NCBI GenBank assembly: GCA_964489065.1
Contig: CAZAXH010000007.1
Span: 10,672-74,671, forward strand
From: an uncultured Planctomycetales bacterium
GTDB taxonomy: Bacteria; Omnitrophota; Gorgyraeia; Zapsychrales; JANLHA01
Length of the DNA stretch: 64,000 nt
Direction: 5' to 3'
Shown here in pieces: positions 48,703 to 57,018 of the stretch. Within the stretch, counting starts at the first letter, position 1; every line of letters begins with the position of its first letter. A model generated the notes under the pieces. It worked only from the letters and a program-made list of their open reading frames with translations. It was not told the origin of the DNA and did not search any database. Made by a program: the position numbers and the translations under genes.

Positions 48703-49646
48703 CCCCGGGCATGCCCGTGGTTTTCTGTGAAGGCGGATAAAGCGGCGATCGTTTCCATGTCCTCTTTTGATAAATCCCAGTCGGCCGCGCCCATATTATC
48801 GGCCACCTGCCGGGCGCTCCGGCACCCGACGATAACACTGGAAACACCCGGCTGCTGGCGCACCCAGTTGACCGCGATCTGCTGAGGCGGCCGGCTGATT
48901 TTCCTAAAAGCTTCAAGCGCCGACTGCGCTTTCCGGAATGGTTCTCCGCTATAAAACTTATAAAAAAAACTCCGGGCGTCGGCCTTATCCAAAGCCGGCG
49001 GCACCGCATATTTCCCTGTCAAAATGCCGCCCCCCAAAGCGCCATAGGCGAAAACCGCCACTCCTTGACTCCGGCAAAAAGGGAGGATATCTCCGGCTAT
49101 ATCCCGGGTCAGGACGGAAAACTGGTTCTGGACCGAAAAAATCTCGGCATACTCCATGGCTTCTTTTAATTGTGCCAAAGAAAAATTGCAAACACCGATA
49201 TCCCGAATTTTCCCTTCTTCCTGAAGTTTGCGCATGGCGCTCATGGTTTCTTCCAAAGGGGTTTTCGGATCAGGCCAATGACACTGATACACATCAATAT
49301 AGTCCGTCCCCAGGCGGCGCAAAGACTGTTCCGCCTCGGAGCGGATGCTCGCGGCCTTGAGGCTGATCAGGATGCGGCGGCCCTCTGTGACCAACCCGCA
49401 TTTTGTCGCGATAATAACCCGGTCCCGGCGGCCTTGAATAGCCCGGCCGACCAAAGTTTCAGCCAACCCCCGCCCGTAAATCGGAGCCGTGTCAACACAT
49501 GTTACCCCCGAATCCAAAGCTGCCTGTATGGCTTGCAGACTGTCCTTCTCGTCGCTTCCTCCCCAGCTTTCCCCCCCATGCACCCAGGTCCCTAAAGTCA
49601 AAGCCGAAAGCTTCAGCCCGGAACGCATCTCCTTAATATATTTCAT
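48699..49646 (-). CDS. Aldo/keto reductase
   Basis: AKR family blocks (LGTWVHGG...DTAPIYG...IGVCNFS). Confidence 0.85.
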   Translation of the reverse strand: MKYIKEMRSGLKLSALTLGTWVHGGESWGGSDEKDSLQAIQAALDSGVTCVDTAPIYGRGLAETLVGRAIQGRRDRVIIATKCGLVTEGRRILISLKAASIRSEAEQSLRRLGTDYIDVYQCHWPDPKTPLEETMSAMRKLQEEGKIRDIGVCNFSLAQLKEAMEYAEIFSVQNQFSVLTRDIAGDILPFCRSQGVAVFAYGALGGGILTGKYAVPPALDKADARSFFYKFYSGEPFRKAQSALEAFRKISRPPQQIAVNWVRQQPGVSSVIVGCRSARQVADNMGAADWDLSKEDMETIAALSAFTENHGHARG

Positions 49647-49745
49647 TCTTCATCCTTTCCATCCGTCCCATGATATCCTGCCTGTGATATAATGATACAT
49701 TCTAACATATTTCATTAAAAATCAAAATCGCCGGGTCAAAAAACC

Positions 49746-50465
49746 ATGTTCAGACAGATCTTCGGAGAGGACCAAGACGCCATTAAACCTTTTTGCCTTC
49801 TGGCGCCATTTTATAATGCCGATCTTCTCCAGGCCTTTAAAATACCCAAGCTGAAACAAGGCCGGCTCTACGCCTGCGGGCATAACACGGAATTGACTTT
49901 CATTCATACCCGCATGGGTCCGACTTATCTGGGGGACGCAGTCCTGCACCTCGAGAAAACACCGGGTCTGAATCTTGTTCTACTCGGCGCCTGCGGAGCC
50001 GTTTCCCTAAAACCGGGCATAGAACTAGGGACAATCATAATCCCGTCCGGAAGTTACGCTATGGATTCTTTTTCCTCCCTTCTGGCCCGAGATATGTCCC
50101 GCGTTTCTTTTCACAAAAGTGACGAAGGGCTGACCGAAACCTTATGGGGTCAAAACAGGGGCACGGGACAGCGGGTTGCGGCAGCCGCCAGCTTCGCTTC
50201 TTTTTATTTAGAAACACACTATCAGGATTATCTACTCCAGCAAGGAATCGACATTATCGATATGGAAACAGCCGCATTATTCCAGGCAGCGGCGCTAACC
50301 CGGAAAAAAGCGGCGGCCATTCTTTATGTCTCGGATATCCTCTCGGTGTCCCACCCCTTCCGTCCGTGGTCCAGGGAAGAAGCGCAGGTTATAAAAACAG
50401 CATCCCTTAAGGCGGCGGAAACCATCATGCGGGCGGCCCGCCAGATAAACGTATCCAAAAGTTAA
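49746..50465 (+). CDS. Nucleoside phosphorylase family-1 protein (MTA/SAH nucleosidase or futalosine hydrolase-like)
   Basis: PNP_UDP_1-type motifs (LVLLGACGA, IDMETAALFQAA). Confidence 0.65.
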   Translation: MFRQIFGEDQDAIKPFCLLAPFYNADLLQAFKIPKLKQGRLYACGHNTELTFIHTRMGPTYLGDAVLHLEKTPGLNLVLLGACGAVSLKPGIELGTIIIPSGSYAMDSFSSLLARDMSRVSFHKSDEGLTETLWGQNRGTGQRVAAAASFASFYLETHYQDYLLQQGIDIIDMETAALFQAAALTRKKAAAILYVSDILSVSHPFRPWSREEAQVIKTASLKAAETIMRAARQINVSKS

Positions 50466-50555
50466 ACGTCAAGACATTTTCACTAAAAACGCTTCCTTTA
50501 AAAATATCCTTCCCGTCCGGTGGGCAAGCCAGCCAGGTATATGTTATACTTAAGT

Positions 50556-50672
50556 TGACAATTAGAAAGGTAAACTATTCGAAAGAATAGGGCGCAAAGC
50601 CGTGAGCCTAAAGCTTCCTTCTGATAAATAGGGGAATGACATGGTTGTCTGGCTACCGTAACCATCCGGTTC
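50556..50672 (+). promoter_or_regulatory. c-di-GMP-I (GEMM) riboswitch aptamer
   Basis: GGTAAACTATTCGAAAGAATAGGGCGCAAAGCCGTGAGCCTAAAGC aligns to the Vibrio cholerae Vc2 aptamer GGCAAACCAUUCGAAAGAGUGGGACGCAAAGCCUCCGGCCUAAACC. The P1b GAAA tetraloop hairpin, the GCAAAGC motif and CCUAAA are all present. A TTGACA -35-like hexamer lies at 50555. Confidence 0.7.
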
Positions 50673-50685
50673 CGTGAAAACATGA

Positions 50686-50716
50686 GCCCTTCGAATCTTT
50701 CGAAGGGCTTTTTTCT
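50686..50716 (+). terminator. Intrinsic terminator forming the riboswitch expression platform
   Basis: GCCCTTCGAA-TCTT-TCGAAGGGC followed by TTTTTT. It lies 14 nt before the downstream ribosome-binding site. Confidence 0.65.
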
Positions 50717-50729
50717 TAAGGAGTGGGGC

Positions 50730-50993
50730 ATGAAAAACGTCTTATGGATACTGCTGGCCGTGACGATCGTGGCCGCCTGCGGCCTAAAAGCTTTCGCCGC
50801 GACGCCAACATCTTCACAGGAATTTAAAATTTCCGTTTATATCCCGGCCATCCCTGGGGTCAACGCCCCCCTGAATCAAATGACGGATGAAACGAGCAAC
50901 GACACAAAAACCGGGGCATCCTTTTACACCATCACGGAAAAACTCCAGGAGAACGGGCAAACGGTGATCCGGGAAACGATCGTGGCCCGATAG
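50730..50993 (+). CDS. Small secreted protein or lipoprotein (87 aa) under riboswitch control
   Basis: AAGGAGTGGGG ribosome-binding site. Signal peptide with possible lipobox (VAACG). The track ORF starts earlier at 50682, inside the terminator. Confidence 0.5.
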   Translation: MKNVLWILLAVTIVAACGLKAFAATPTSSQEFKISVYIPAIPGVNAPLNQMTDETSNDTKTGASFYTITEKLQENGQTVIRETIVAR

Positions 50994-51017
50994 CCGAGAG
51001 CCAGCCCACGGTCTCTG

Positions 51018-53774
51018 TTATTTTTCTTTAAGCGGGATATTAAACACATACGTGATCCCTTCCCCGACTTTAATTTCATTCCTGATTTTAACAAGCGGAA
51101 TATATTTTATCGGGAGCGAATTGACATCCAGCTCCAAAACATGCGACCCCGGCGTAATATTGTCAAAGCTGTACGTCCCCTCAAAATCACTGTAGGTGAC
51201 GTCCTTCCCGTCCAGGATAATCCTGGCCTTGGAAATAAATTCATCGTCTCTATCTAAAATATTATTTTGATTGACGTCAACGAACACAACGCCATAAACA
51301 CCGGACTGGCTGGTTAAGCCGAAATTATTCACGTGCACTTTTTGGTGGTCCACCAGGACATCTTTCATAAACCCGTCGGAATTGATATACCCGGGCGGCA
51401 AGGTTGAAATGTCCAGGGCGACCCTCACTTTTTGCGCCTTGACGACCGCGTAATAACGGCCCTGGTCATTGGTTTTCACAAGCTTATCGCCGACTTTAAC
51501 CCCGATACCGGGAAGCCCTGCTTCGCCCGGATCAGGCACCGTGTTGCCGTTAGCGTCATTGAAAACCCGGCCCGTAAACCTCCCCGTGGGATTCCAGCGG
51601 AAAAATGTGTCCCAATTGGTCCGCACCCCTAACCGGACATCGGCGTCATTATAAGCCGCATTATCCGGAGCTTCCCTCCAAACGCTGCGGACATTCCCAT
51701 CCATATAGACTTCAAAATCAGCGTTGGGACGATAAACAAACCCCAGAGAGCCGCGGATGGAATCTTCCCCGGACAGAAAGCTAAACTGGCCTGTCGTGTT
51801 CTCTTCGTCCCGGTAGCGCAAGCTCATTCTGCCGGACAGAGGGTCGGTCATCCTCCAGGAATAATCAACTCCTGTGCTAAAAACATGCGGATAGCTCCAA
51901 CGGTCTTCCAGAAGATTCCGGACAAACGAATATTCATAATTCACATAAAACCCTATATTAAAAAACAGCGGCATCCGCAGGCCCGCGGACAAAGAATTGC
52001 GGTCAAATTCGGAAGCTGGAGATTTATCATAACGGTTCTGCTGATAGGTCTGACCGAGCGACAAAGTCATCGCCCGGCCCCATAAAAACGGAAAGCGCTG
52101 GTTAAACATGTTCGAAAGGGTTTTGCTTTCGTGCGGAGAAATAAGCTGGGGGGTATACGACACAAAAGCCCCGCTGGTCCAATTCGAGGCGGAGGACAAA
52201 GGATAATTCAAGGAGCCGTTCCAATCAAAGTTCAGCGCGTCTTCTTTGTCAGGGTTGGATAAAAACCGGTCGCGATAAAAGTCAAGATTCGAATTGACCC
52301 GGGCTTTCTCTCCCCGAAACGCGTAGCGGATATTTCCTCCGACTTCTCCCCTGTCTGAAGGGCGCCCGACCAAAGTCACGTAATCTTTATGGATATCGCG
52401 GAAATTCATATTAAAACTGTAGGCCTTTTTCTTAATCTCCGTCCTCACGATGTCGCTGTAGACATCCTCATCTGACGCTAATTCCCCGTATATTTTAAAA
52501 TCCCGGAATTTGTGTTCGGTCTCCGCGGAAAAAACCTTGTCTTTTAAAAAATTATCCCTCGAGTCGCCATACCCTCTCCCGGCGTTGACCGTGTACGTGT
52601 GATCTCCTTGCGGGAATAACGTCACGCTCGCCCCTTCAATATGGGTTTTTTTGACGCTCATGATCCCGGGGCTCAAAAAGAGAAATTGAGCGCGGTCCTG
52701 CCCCTGAAAGACCGTGTAATGAAGGTTATGATTAAACGCATAACTTTCCAATTTGACGCCCCGAAAACTCCGGCCCGGGATTGATAAATCGGACAAAAAG
52801 ACTTCCGTATCAAACCCCCGGATAATGAAATCCCGGAATGGGCCGATATGCCCGTCGGCCAATCCCATCCGTTCGCCAATCCGCTCCGTGGATTCGGCAT
52901 ACTTATAGAAATTCATAGAGGCGTCAAAATCGCCATACGGCGTCTTCCCGTACGTCCCGACCCACTGGGAAAAATTAAGGCTGGTCCGGGCCATATCCGG
53001 AATACGGTCCCCCAAATAAATTCCACTCCAATTATTTGAATACGCGATATTAAAGGGCGGGGCGTCGGCCTTCCCTGTCAATTCAAATTTTTCCAGCGCT
53101 AAATTCTGCTGAATAACCGGGAGCTGACCCTTCACGTTAAAAGTCCAGCGGCCCCGGTCATCCCAAACATGAAAAAAGGTGGCCCCCCGGACTTTAGTCA
53201 TAAAACTGATGCGGTCCTTGTCCAGCCGGTCCACCTCCAGGACGCCTTCATTGACGGCTAAAAACTGTTTAATATTCCGGCCCTGCAGAACATACGCCTT
53301 ATTGGTTTCTATTTCTAACTCCGTATTGGGCTGCATGGCCCAAAGGACATCATCCAGCTTAAGGATAGCCGCATCCCTAGGTTTAAGCGCCATTTCTCTG
53401 GCCTGCATTATGGCTGACGAAGGGGAAAACTGCTGCGCGATGGTTGTCCGGGCGTCCTTCTCCGATTCCCCGGGGGCCACCATCGCTTCTTGAGGAGGGG
53501 CCGCCGTCTGGACCACGGCCGTGCGGCCCTCTTTAAACCGTTTAATGAGATTAATATACTTAAGAGGAGTGTCTCTTGCCGTATTTATAGACTGGGCTCG
53601 CTCGAAATACGCAATGGCTTTCTCATAGAACCCCTTATCAAAAGCCCGTACGCCCAAACTCATGTAATAATGATAATCAGCGTCCGCCCCTGCCCAGGCG
53701 CCTTGGGGGAAGGCAATAAGAAATAACGCAGCAATAAGAATTCCAAGGAAAAATTTGATCATACCTCGCAACAT
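51018..53774 (-). CDS. Large outer-membrane-associated protein: signal peptide, N-terminal TPR-like segment, central beta-rich region, two C-terminal Cna-B/SdrD-B-like domains
   Basis: Signal peptide. TPR-like segment (YHYYMSLGVRAFDKGFYEKAIAYFERA). Long stretch of alternating aromatic beta-strand pattern. C-terminal repeats (GRVFNDANGNTVPDPGEAGLPGIGV...; GVVFVDVNQNNILDRDDEF...). Confidence 0.55.
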   Translation of the reverse strand: MLRGMIKFFLGILIAALFLIAFPQGAWAGADADYHYYMSLGVRAFDKGFYEKAIAYFERAQSINTARDTPLKYINLIKRFKEGRTAVVQTAAPPQEAMVAPGESEKDARTTIAQQFSPSSAIMQAREMALKPRDAAILKLDDVLWAMQPNTELEIETNKAYVLQGRNIKQFLAVNEGVLEVDRLDKDRISFMTKVRGATFFHVWDDRGRWTFNVKGQLPVIQQNLALEKFELTGKADAPPFNIAYSNNWSGIYLGDRIPDMARTSLNFSQWVGTYGKTPYGDFDASMNFYKYAESTERIGERMGLADGHIGPFRDFIIRGFDTEVFLSDLSIPGRSFRGVKLESYAFNHNLHYTVFQGQDRAQFLFLSPGIMSVKKTHIEGASVTLFPQGDHTYTVNAGRGYGDSRDNFLKDKVFSAETEHKFRDFKIYGELASDEDVYSDIVRTEIKKKAYSFNMNFRDIHKDYVTLVGRPSDRGEVGGNIRYAFRGEKARVNSNLDFYRDRFLSNPDKEDALNFDWNGSLNYPLSSASNWTSGAFVSYTPQLISPHESKTLSNMFNQRFPFLWGRAMTLSLGQTYQQNRYDKSPASEFDRNSLSAGLRMPLFFNIGFYVNYEYSFVRNLLEDRWSYPHVFSTGVDYSWRMTDPLSGRMSLRYRDEENTTGQFSFLSGEDSIRGSLGFVYRPNADFEVYMDGNVRSVWREAPDNAAYNDADVRLGVRTNWDTFFRWNPTGRFTGRVFNDANGNTVPDPGEAGLPGIGVKVGDKLVKTNDQGRYYAVVKAQKVRVALDISTLPPGYINSDGFMKDVLVDHQKVHVNNFGLTSQSGVYGVVFVDVNQNNILDRDDEFISKARIILDGKDVTYSDFEGTYSFDNITPGSHVLELDVNSLPIKYIPLVKIRNEIKVGEGITYVFNIPLKEK

Positions 53775-53935
53775 TTCTGCGGTTCCACGGCGTCTTCTAA
53801 AAATTTAACTTACAAAAACCCACCTTATCCGACATTTCCCTATGGTATCTTTGCACAAAATTCAACATGAAACCGAAACACAGAAAAAAAAATCACCACC
53901 TTGCTTAAATATTATTTACCGTCCGGCATGCAGTC

Positions 53936-54748
53936 TTAATTCCGTGTTGCTAACAGCTTCAACGCCCCGTCCGGGGTCTTATTAAAATCAGCTTCAACGA
54001 CAACATTATCCCCCCCGTCCAAATCAAAGGTCAAGACAGCCGTATGCTTCCCCGGCGGGAGTCTTTCAGGAATGCCCAATTTAAAATCCGCTTCCGTCTG
54101 CGGGGGGATATAAAGCTTATTCACTTCTCCCCGGTCCTCCACCAGGCCGTCATCACTAAGGATAAAAAAGACCCCTTTAGGAAAAAGTACGACATTACCC
54201 TGATTATGAAAGACACCCTGCAGGGTACCCTCTTGCAAAAGCAAATCCTTAACCGCCGCGGTTTTGTCTTTCTCTGTGGACTCCAGGAAAAACAAGGTGC
54301 CGATCCGGGTTACAAAATTCATCCCAATTCTGGCCTGCTCAACATTCGTGTTCATCTCAAAAAATAGCACACCATCGCATCCGGACTTAAATGACTCCGG
54401 GACTTTGATTGAATATTTAACTTCTTGTTTACCGAATGGCGGGAGAGTCAGGGTGTTGGGAGCAAAGGTAACCATATCCGAACAGGAATAATCCGATGTC
54501 CCGGACGGCATAAATTCTTTATTCCCCTTATCAAAAGGCGGACGATAAATAAAATCCTGCCAATATAATTTTACTCCCAGGGGCTTACTGGTACTATTTA
54601 TCACCTCCAGAGAATCAGCCACTCCGGATCCCGGGGCAATTTCATGTGTAATGACACTCTTCTGGATAATCAGCTGCGCAGAAACTCTGCCCGGCACACC
54701 GAATAAAACGACAAGCAAAAAAAGGATTATATGGACAAATCGATTCAT
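53936..54748 (-). CDS. Secreted protein, possible Ig-fold periplasmic chaperone-like
   Basis: Start set at MNRFVHIILFLLVVLFGVPGRVSA (signal peptide). N-terminal pattern LIIQKSVI...SLEVINSTSKPLGVKLYW weakly resembles pilus-chaperone N-domains. Confidence 0.4.
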   Translation of the reverse strand: MNRFVHIILFLLVVLFGVPGRVSAQLIIQKSVITHEIAPGSGVADSLEVINSTSKPLGVKLYWQDFIYRPPFDKGNKEFMPSGTSDYSCSDMVTFAPNTLTLPPFGKQEVKYSIKVPESFKSGCDGVLFFEMNTNVEQARIGMNFVTRIGTLFFLESTEKDKTAAVKDLLLQEGTLQGVFHNQGNVVLFPKGVFFILSDDGLVEDRGEVNKLYIPPQTEADFKLGIPERLPPGKHTAVLTFDLDGGDNVVVEADFNKTPDGALKLLATRN

Positions 54749-54812
54749 AAATTTAATAATTTTTACGGGCAGGAGTACCCTGCCCGTAAAAATTTTAAGT
54801 TTTAAAAACAAA

Positions 54813-55472
54813 TTACGGTCCCGGAGCGGCAACCGTCATGGTTAACGTCCCGGTGTAATTACCAGGAGTGTCTCCCGGATTAAACGGGATTGCGCCGGTT
54901 GGTTCATTCTCCAACGGATTACCCGTTGCCAACCCAACATAAAAACGTAAGTATTGCCCGTTGGCCAGAATGTCTGAAGCAAAAATAGTCTGAGCAATAT
55001 TACCCAATATGGCCTTGGTCCCGATCCCTGTTTCAATGTCATCATTGTAATTTGTCGGTGTCCCGTTATTATCATTGGAAACCGGGGTGCCGATAGCGTG
55101 GACACCTAAACCCGTTCCGTCATTAATAACGCCGTTAGGATTACTGTCATCCGTATAAGAAACCCCGACGTTAAGAGCTCCCGCCCCATACGGAAAAACA
55201 TCAATCGCGTAATAAACATCGCCCAGGTAAGCATACGCGGGCGGATCCCCGGGGTCCGAGACCAGGGTAAGATCCGGATTAAAAGCCAAAGTCCCGGTCC
55301 AAGGCGAAAAAACACCGCCGTCAACCTGGTAGATCACGAAGGTCGCTGTGCTGGCATTGTTAATAGCGACACTGATCGGAAACGTTGCCGAGCTGCTTTG
55401 GGCAAAAGCACCCGACGTGCAGCACAACAGTACGCCTGCCACCAACATTGTTAATAAGGTTAATCTTTTCAT
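54813..55472 (-). CDS. Secreted protein of unknown function (G/N/T/P-rich, pilin- or surface-subunit-like)
   Basis: Signal peptide (MKRLTLLTMLVAGVLLCCTSGAFA). Beta-rich, Gly/Asn/Thr-rich mature region. Confidence 0.45.
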   Translation of the reverse strand: MKRLTLLTMLVAGVLLCCTSGAFAQSSSATFPISVAINNASTATFVIYQVDGGVFSPWTGTLAFNPDLTLVSDPGDPPAYAYLGDVYYAIDVFPYGAGALNVGVSYTDDSNPNGVINDGTGLGVHAIGTPVSNDNNGTPTNYNDDIETGIGTKAILGNIAQTIFASDILANGQYLRFYVGLATGNPLENEPTGAIPFNPGDTPGNYTGTLTMTVAAPGP

Positions 55473-55502
55473 CTTCTCCCTTTCCTCCTTTCAAGGATTC
55501 AA

Positions 55503-56885
55503 CTAAATTGCGCCTAACGAATACATGACCTGCACTTTATAATGACCAGCTCGCATGTTCGGGTAAGGCTTCATACGGTAACTCACCTTCAAAACCACTG
55601 ACGACCCCAGGCCGTCTGAAACGTATAAAGGGACCTCACCCTTGCTTACTGGAGAAAAATCATTGTGCTGAACGCTCCCTTCTCCACGCACCAGTTCCTC
55701 TTTAACTGTGAAAAAATCGCTGGAAAACTCCTCCCCCTTTTCATTCGTCATCGGCGTCTGGAGGATTTGATTTACAACATACGGTTTGCCCAAATTTGTC
55801 TTAACCGTCACCGTCACGTCTTTGACTTGAGGGGGATCGGTTTCCAACGTGCCTTCAAAATTCATGCCTTCGGGCGGGAACTCCACCTTCAGTTCAAAGA
55901 CCGGGGGAAGAATGAGTTCCAGGTCAACATCACATACCTGTTCCCCCTGGCTGCTTTCAATAAGATATCTGGCCCTCCCCTCATAACGCCCCGCCTTGTA
56001 ATTTTGTATCAAATCCTGATTCACGCTAAAATTAATCCCGATGGTGTCATGGCTGACTGTCCCTTCATAAAGAAGGATCTGCTCCGGATTAAGATCCCCA
56101 GTCCCCTCCTGAAGGACATCTCCACCCCCTTCTCCGCCAAACGCTGAATATTGAATTAATCCCGCCTCAACCGGCTGCATCAATTCATCCCGGGGGAAAA
56201 TGTCGATATATTGATAAATTTTTATGGGTTTGCCCTCCATATTATTCGTAAAAGAAATAGAAAAAACCGAGTCGGCAAGCGGGTGCTGATCTGTTGATAC
56301 TCTGACCCGAGTCGCCCCGGCATTTCCGGCAGTTTCGACTTTTAAATCGCCGCCCACTTCCAGAGTAACCGTCAGGACAGTTTCATCGATGTTCCCTTCG
56401 CCTATAGGGCGAACCGTAAAAAACATTTGCCCCTGAAAAGAGCCGGAAACGTTCAGGGCTTCAGGATCAACCCTATAAAAAACCACAAAAGAGTCTGACG
56501 TCCCGGCAGGATCAGAGGAATAAATCTGCTGCTCAGAAAAACCCAATGGCTCTGTATCCTGAATATAAAACGTTCCCTGGGCATTGGACCCGATTAAACC
56601 GCCGGTTAATAAAGCGGTATGCTCTAGCATTTCCCCTTTTTCATTAACAAGGGATCCCATCCTTTGAAAAACCTGGTATTGCTGTCCTGAATCGGAAGTA
56701 ACCCGGATACGGACTTCTTTATCTTCTGAGGAAAGGGTCCCGACCCGGCCGAACCGAATACTGTTACCTCCTTCAGACGGGGTCACAGAAAGCGTCACAG
56801 CGGCAAAACTCTGGGTAGAAATTAAACCGAGGAAAAAAGAAATATAAATTATGAATAAAATCTTGTTTATTAAAGATGTTTTCAC
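55503..56885 (-). CDS. Secreted protein with two tandem Ig-like/beta-sandwich-type domains
   Basis: Signal peptide. The N-terminal module (VTLSVTPSEGG...VRIRVTSDSG) and the C-terminal module (ELILPPVFELKVEFPPEG...VTVTVKTNLG) have similar patterning. Confidence 0.45.
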   Translation of the reverse strand: MKTSLINKILFIIYISFFLGLISTQSFAAVTLSVTPSEGGNSIRFGRVGTLSSEDKEVRIRVTSDSGQQYQVFQRMGSLVNEKGEMLEHTALLTGGLIGSNAQGTFYIQDTEPLGFSEQQIYSSDPAGTSDSFVVFYRVDPEALNVSGSFQGQMFFTVRPIGEGNIDETVLTVTLEVGGDLKVETAGNAGATRVRVSTDQHPLADSVFSISFTNNMEGKPIKIYQYIDIFPRDELMQPVEAGLIQYSAFGGEGGGDVLQEGTGDLNPEQILLYEGTVSHDTIGINFSVNQDLIQNYKAGRYEGRARYLIESSQGEQVCDVDLELILPPVFELKVEFPPEGMNFEGTLETDPPQVKDVTVTVKTNLGKPYVVNQILQTPMTNEKGEEFSSDFFTVKEELVRGEGSVQHNDFSPVSKGEVPLYVSDGLGSSVVLKVSYRMKPYPNMRAGHYKVQVMYSLGAI

Positions 56886-57018
56886 ATTCCTATTGTACTA
56901 AAAAAATAGAAAAATGTATATAATAATATTCTATGTAAATATTTATATTTCAAACTCTTATAATTTTAAATAATTATTTTCTAACAATCTCTCTCTTTTT
57001 ACGAAAACTTTTTAAAAC

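Noticed and set aside
48608-49009. 133-aa minus-strand ORF overlapping the aldo-keto reductase in another frame, containing ...YPPSQKTTGMPGDE
   Set aside because: It overlaps a well-supported AKR gene. Its similarity to the Cys-rich protein C-terminus is explained by the duplicated 48-nt DNA motif rather than by a real paralogous gene.
50498-50731. 77-aa minus-strand ORF overlapping the riboswitch and terminator
   Set aside because: It lies antisense across a strongly supported cis-regulatory RNA and has no ribosome-binding site or motif.
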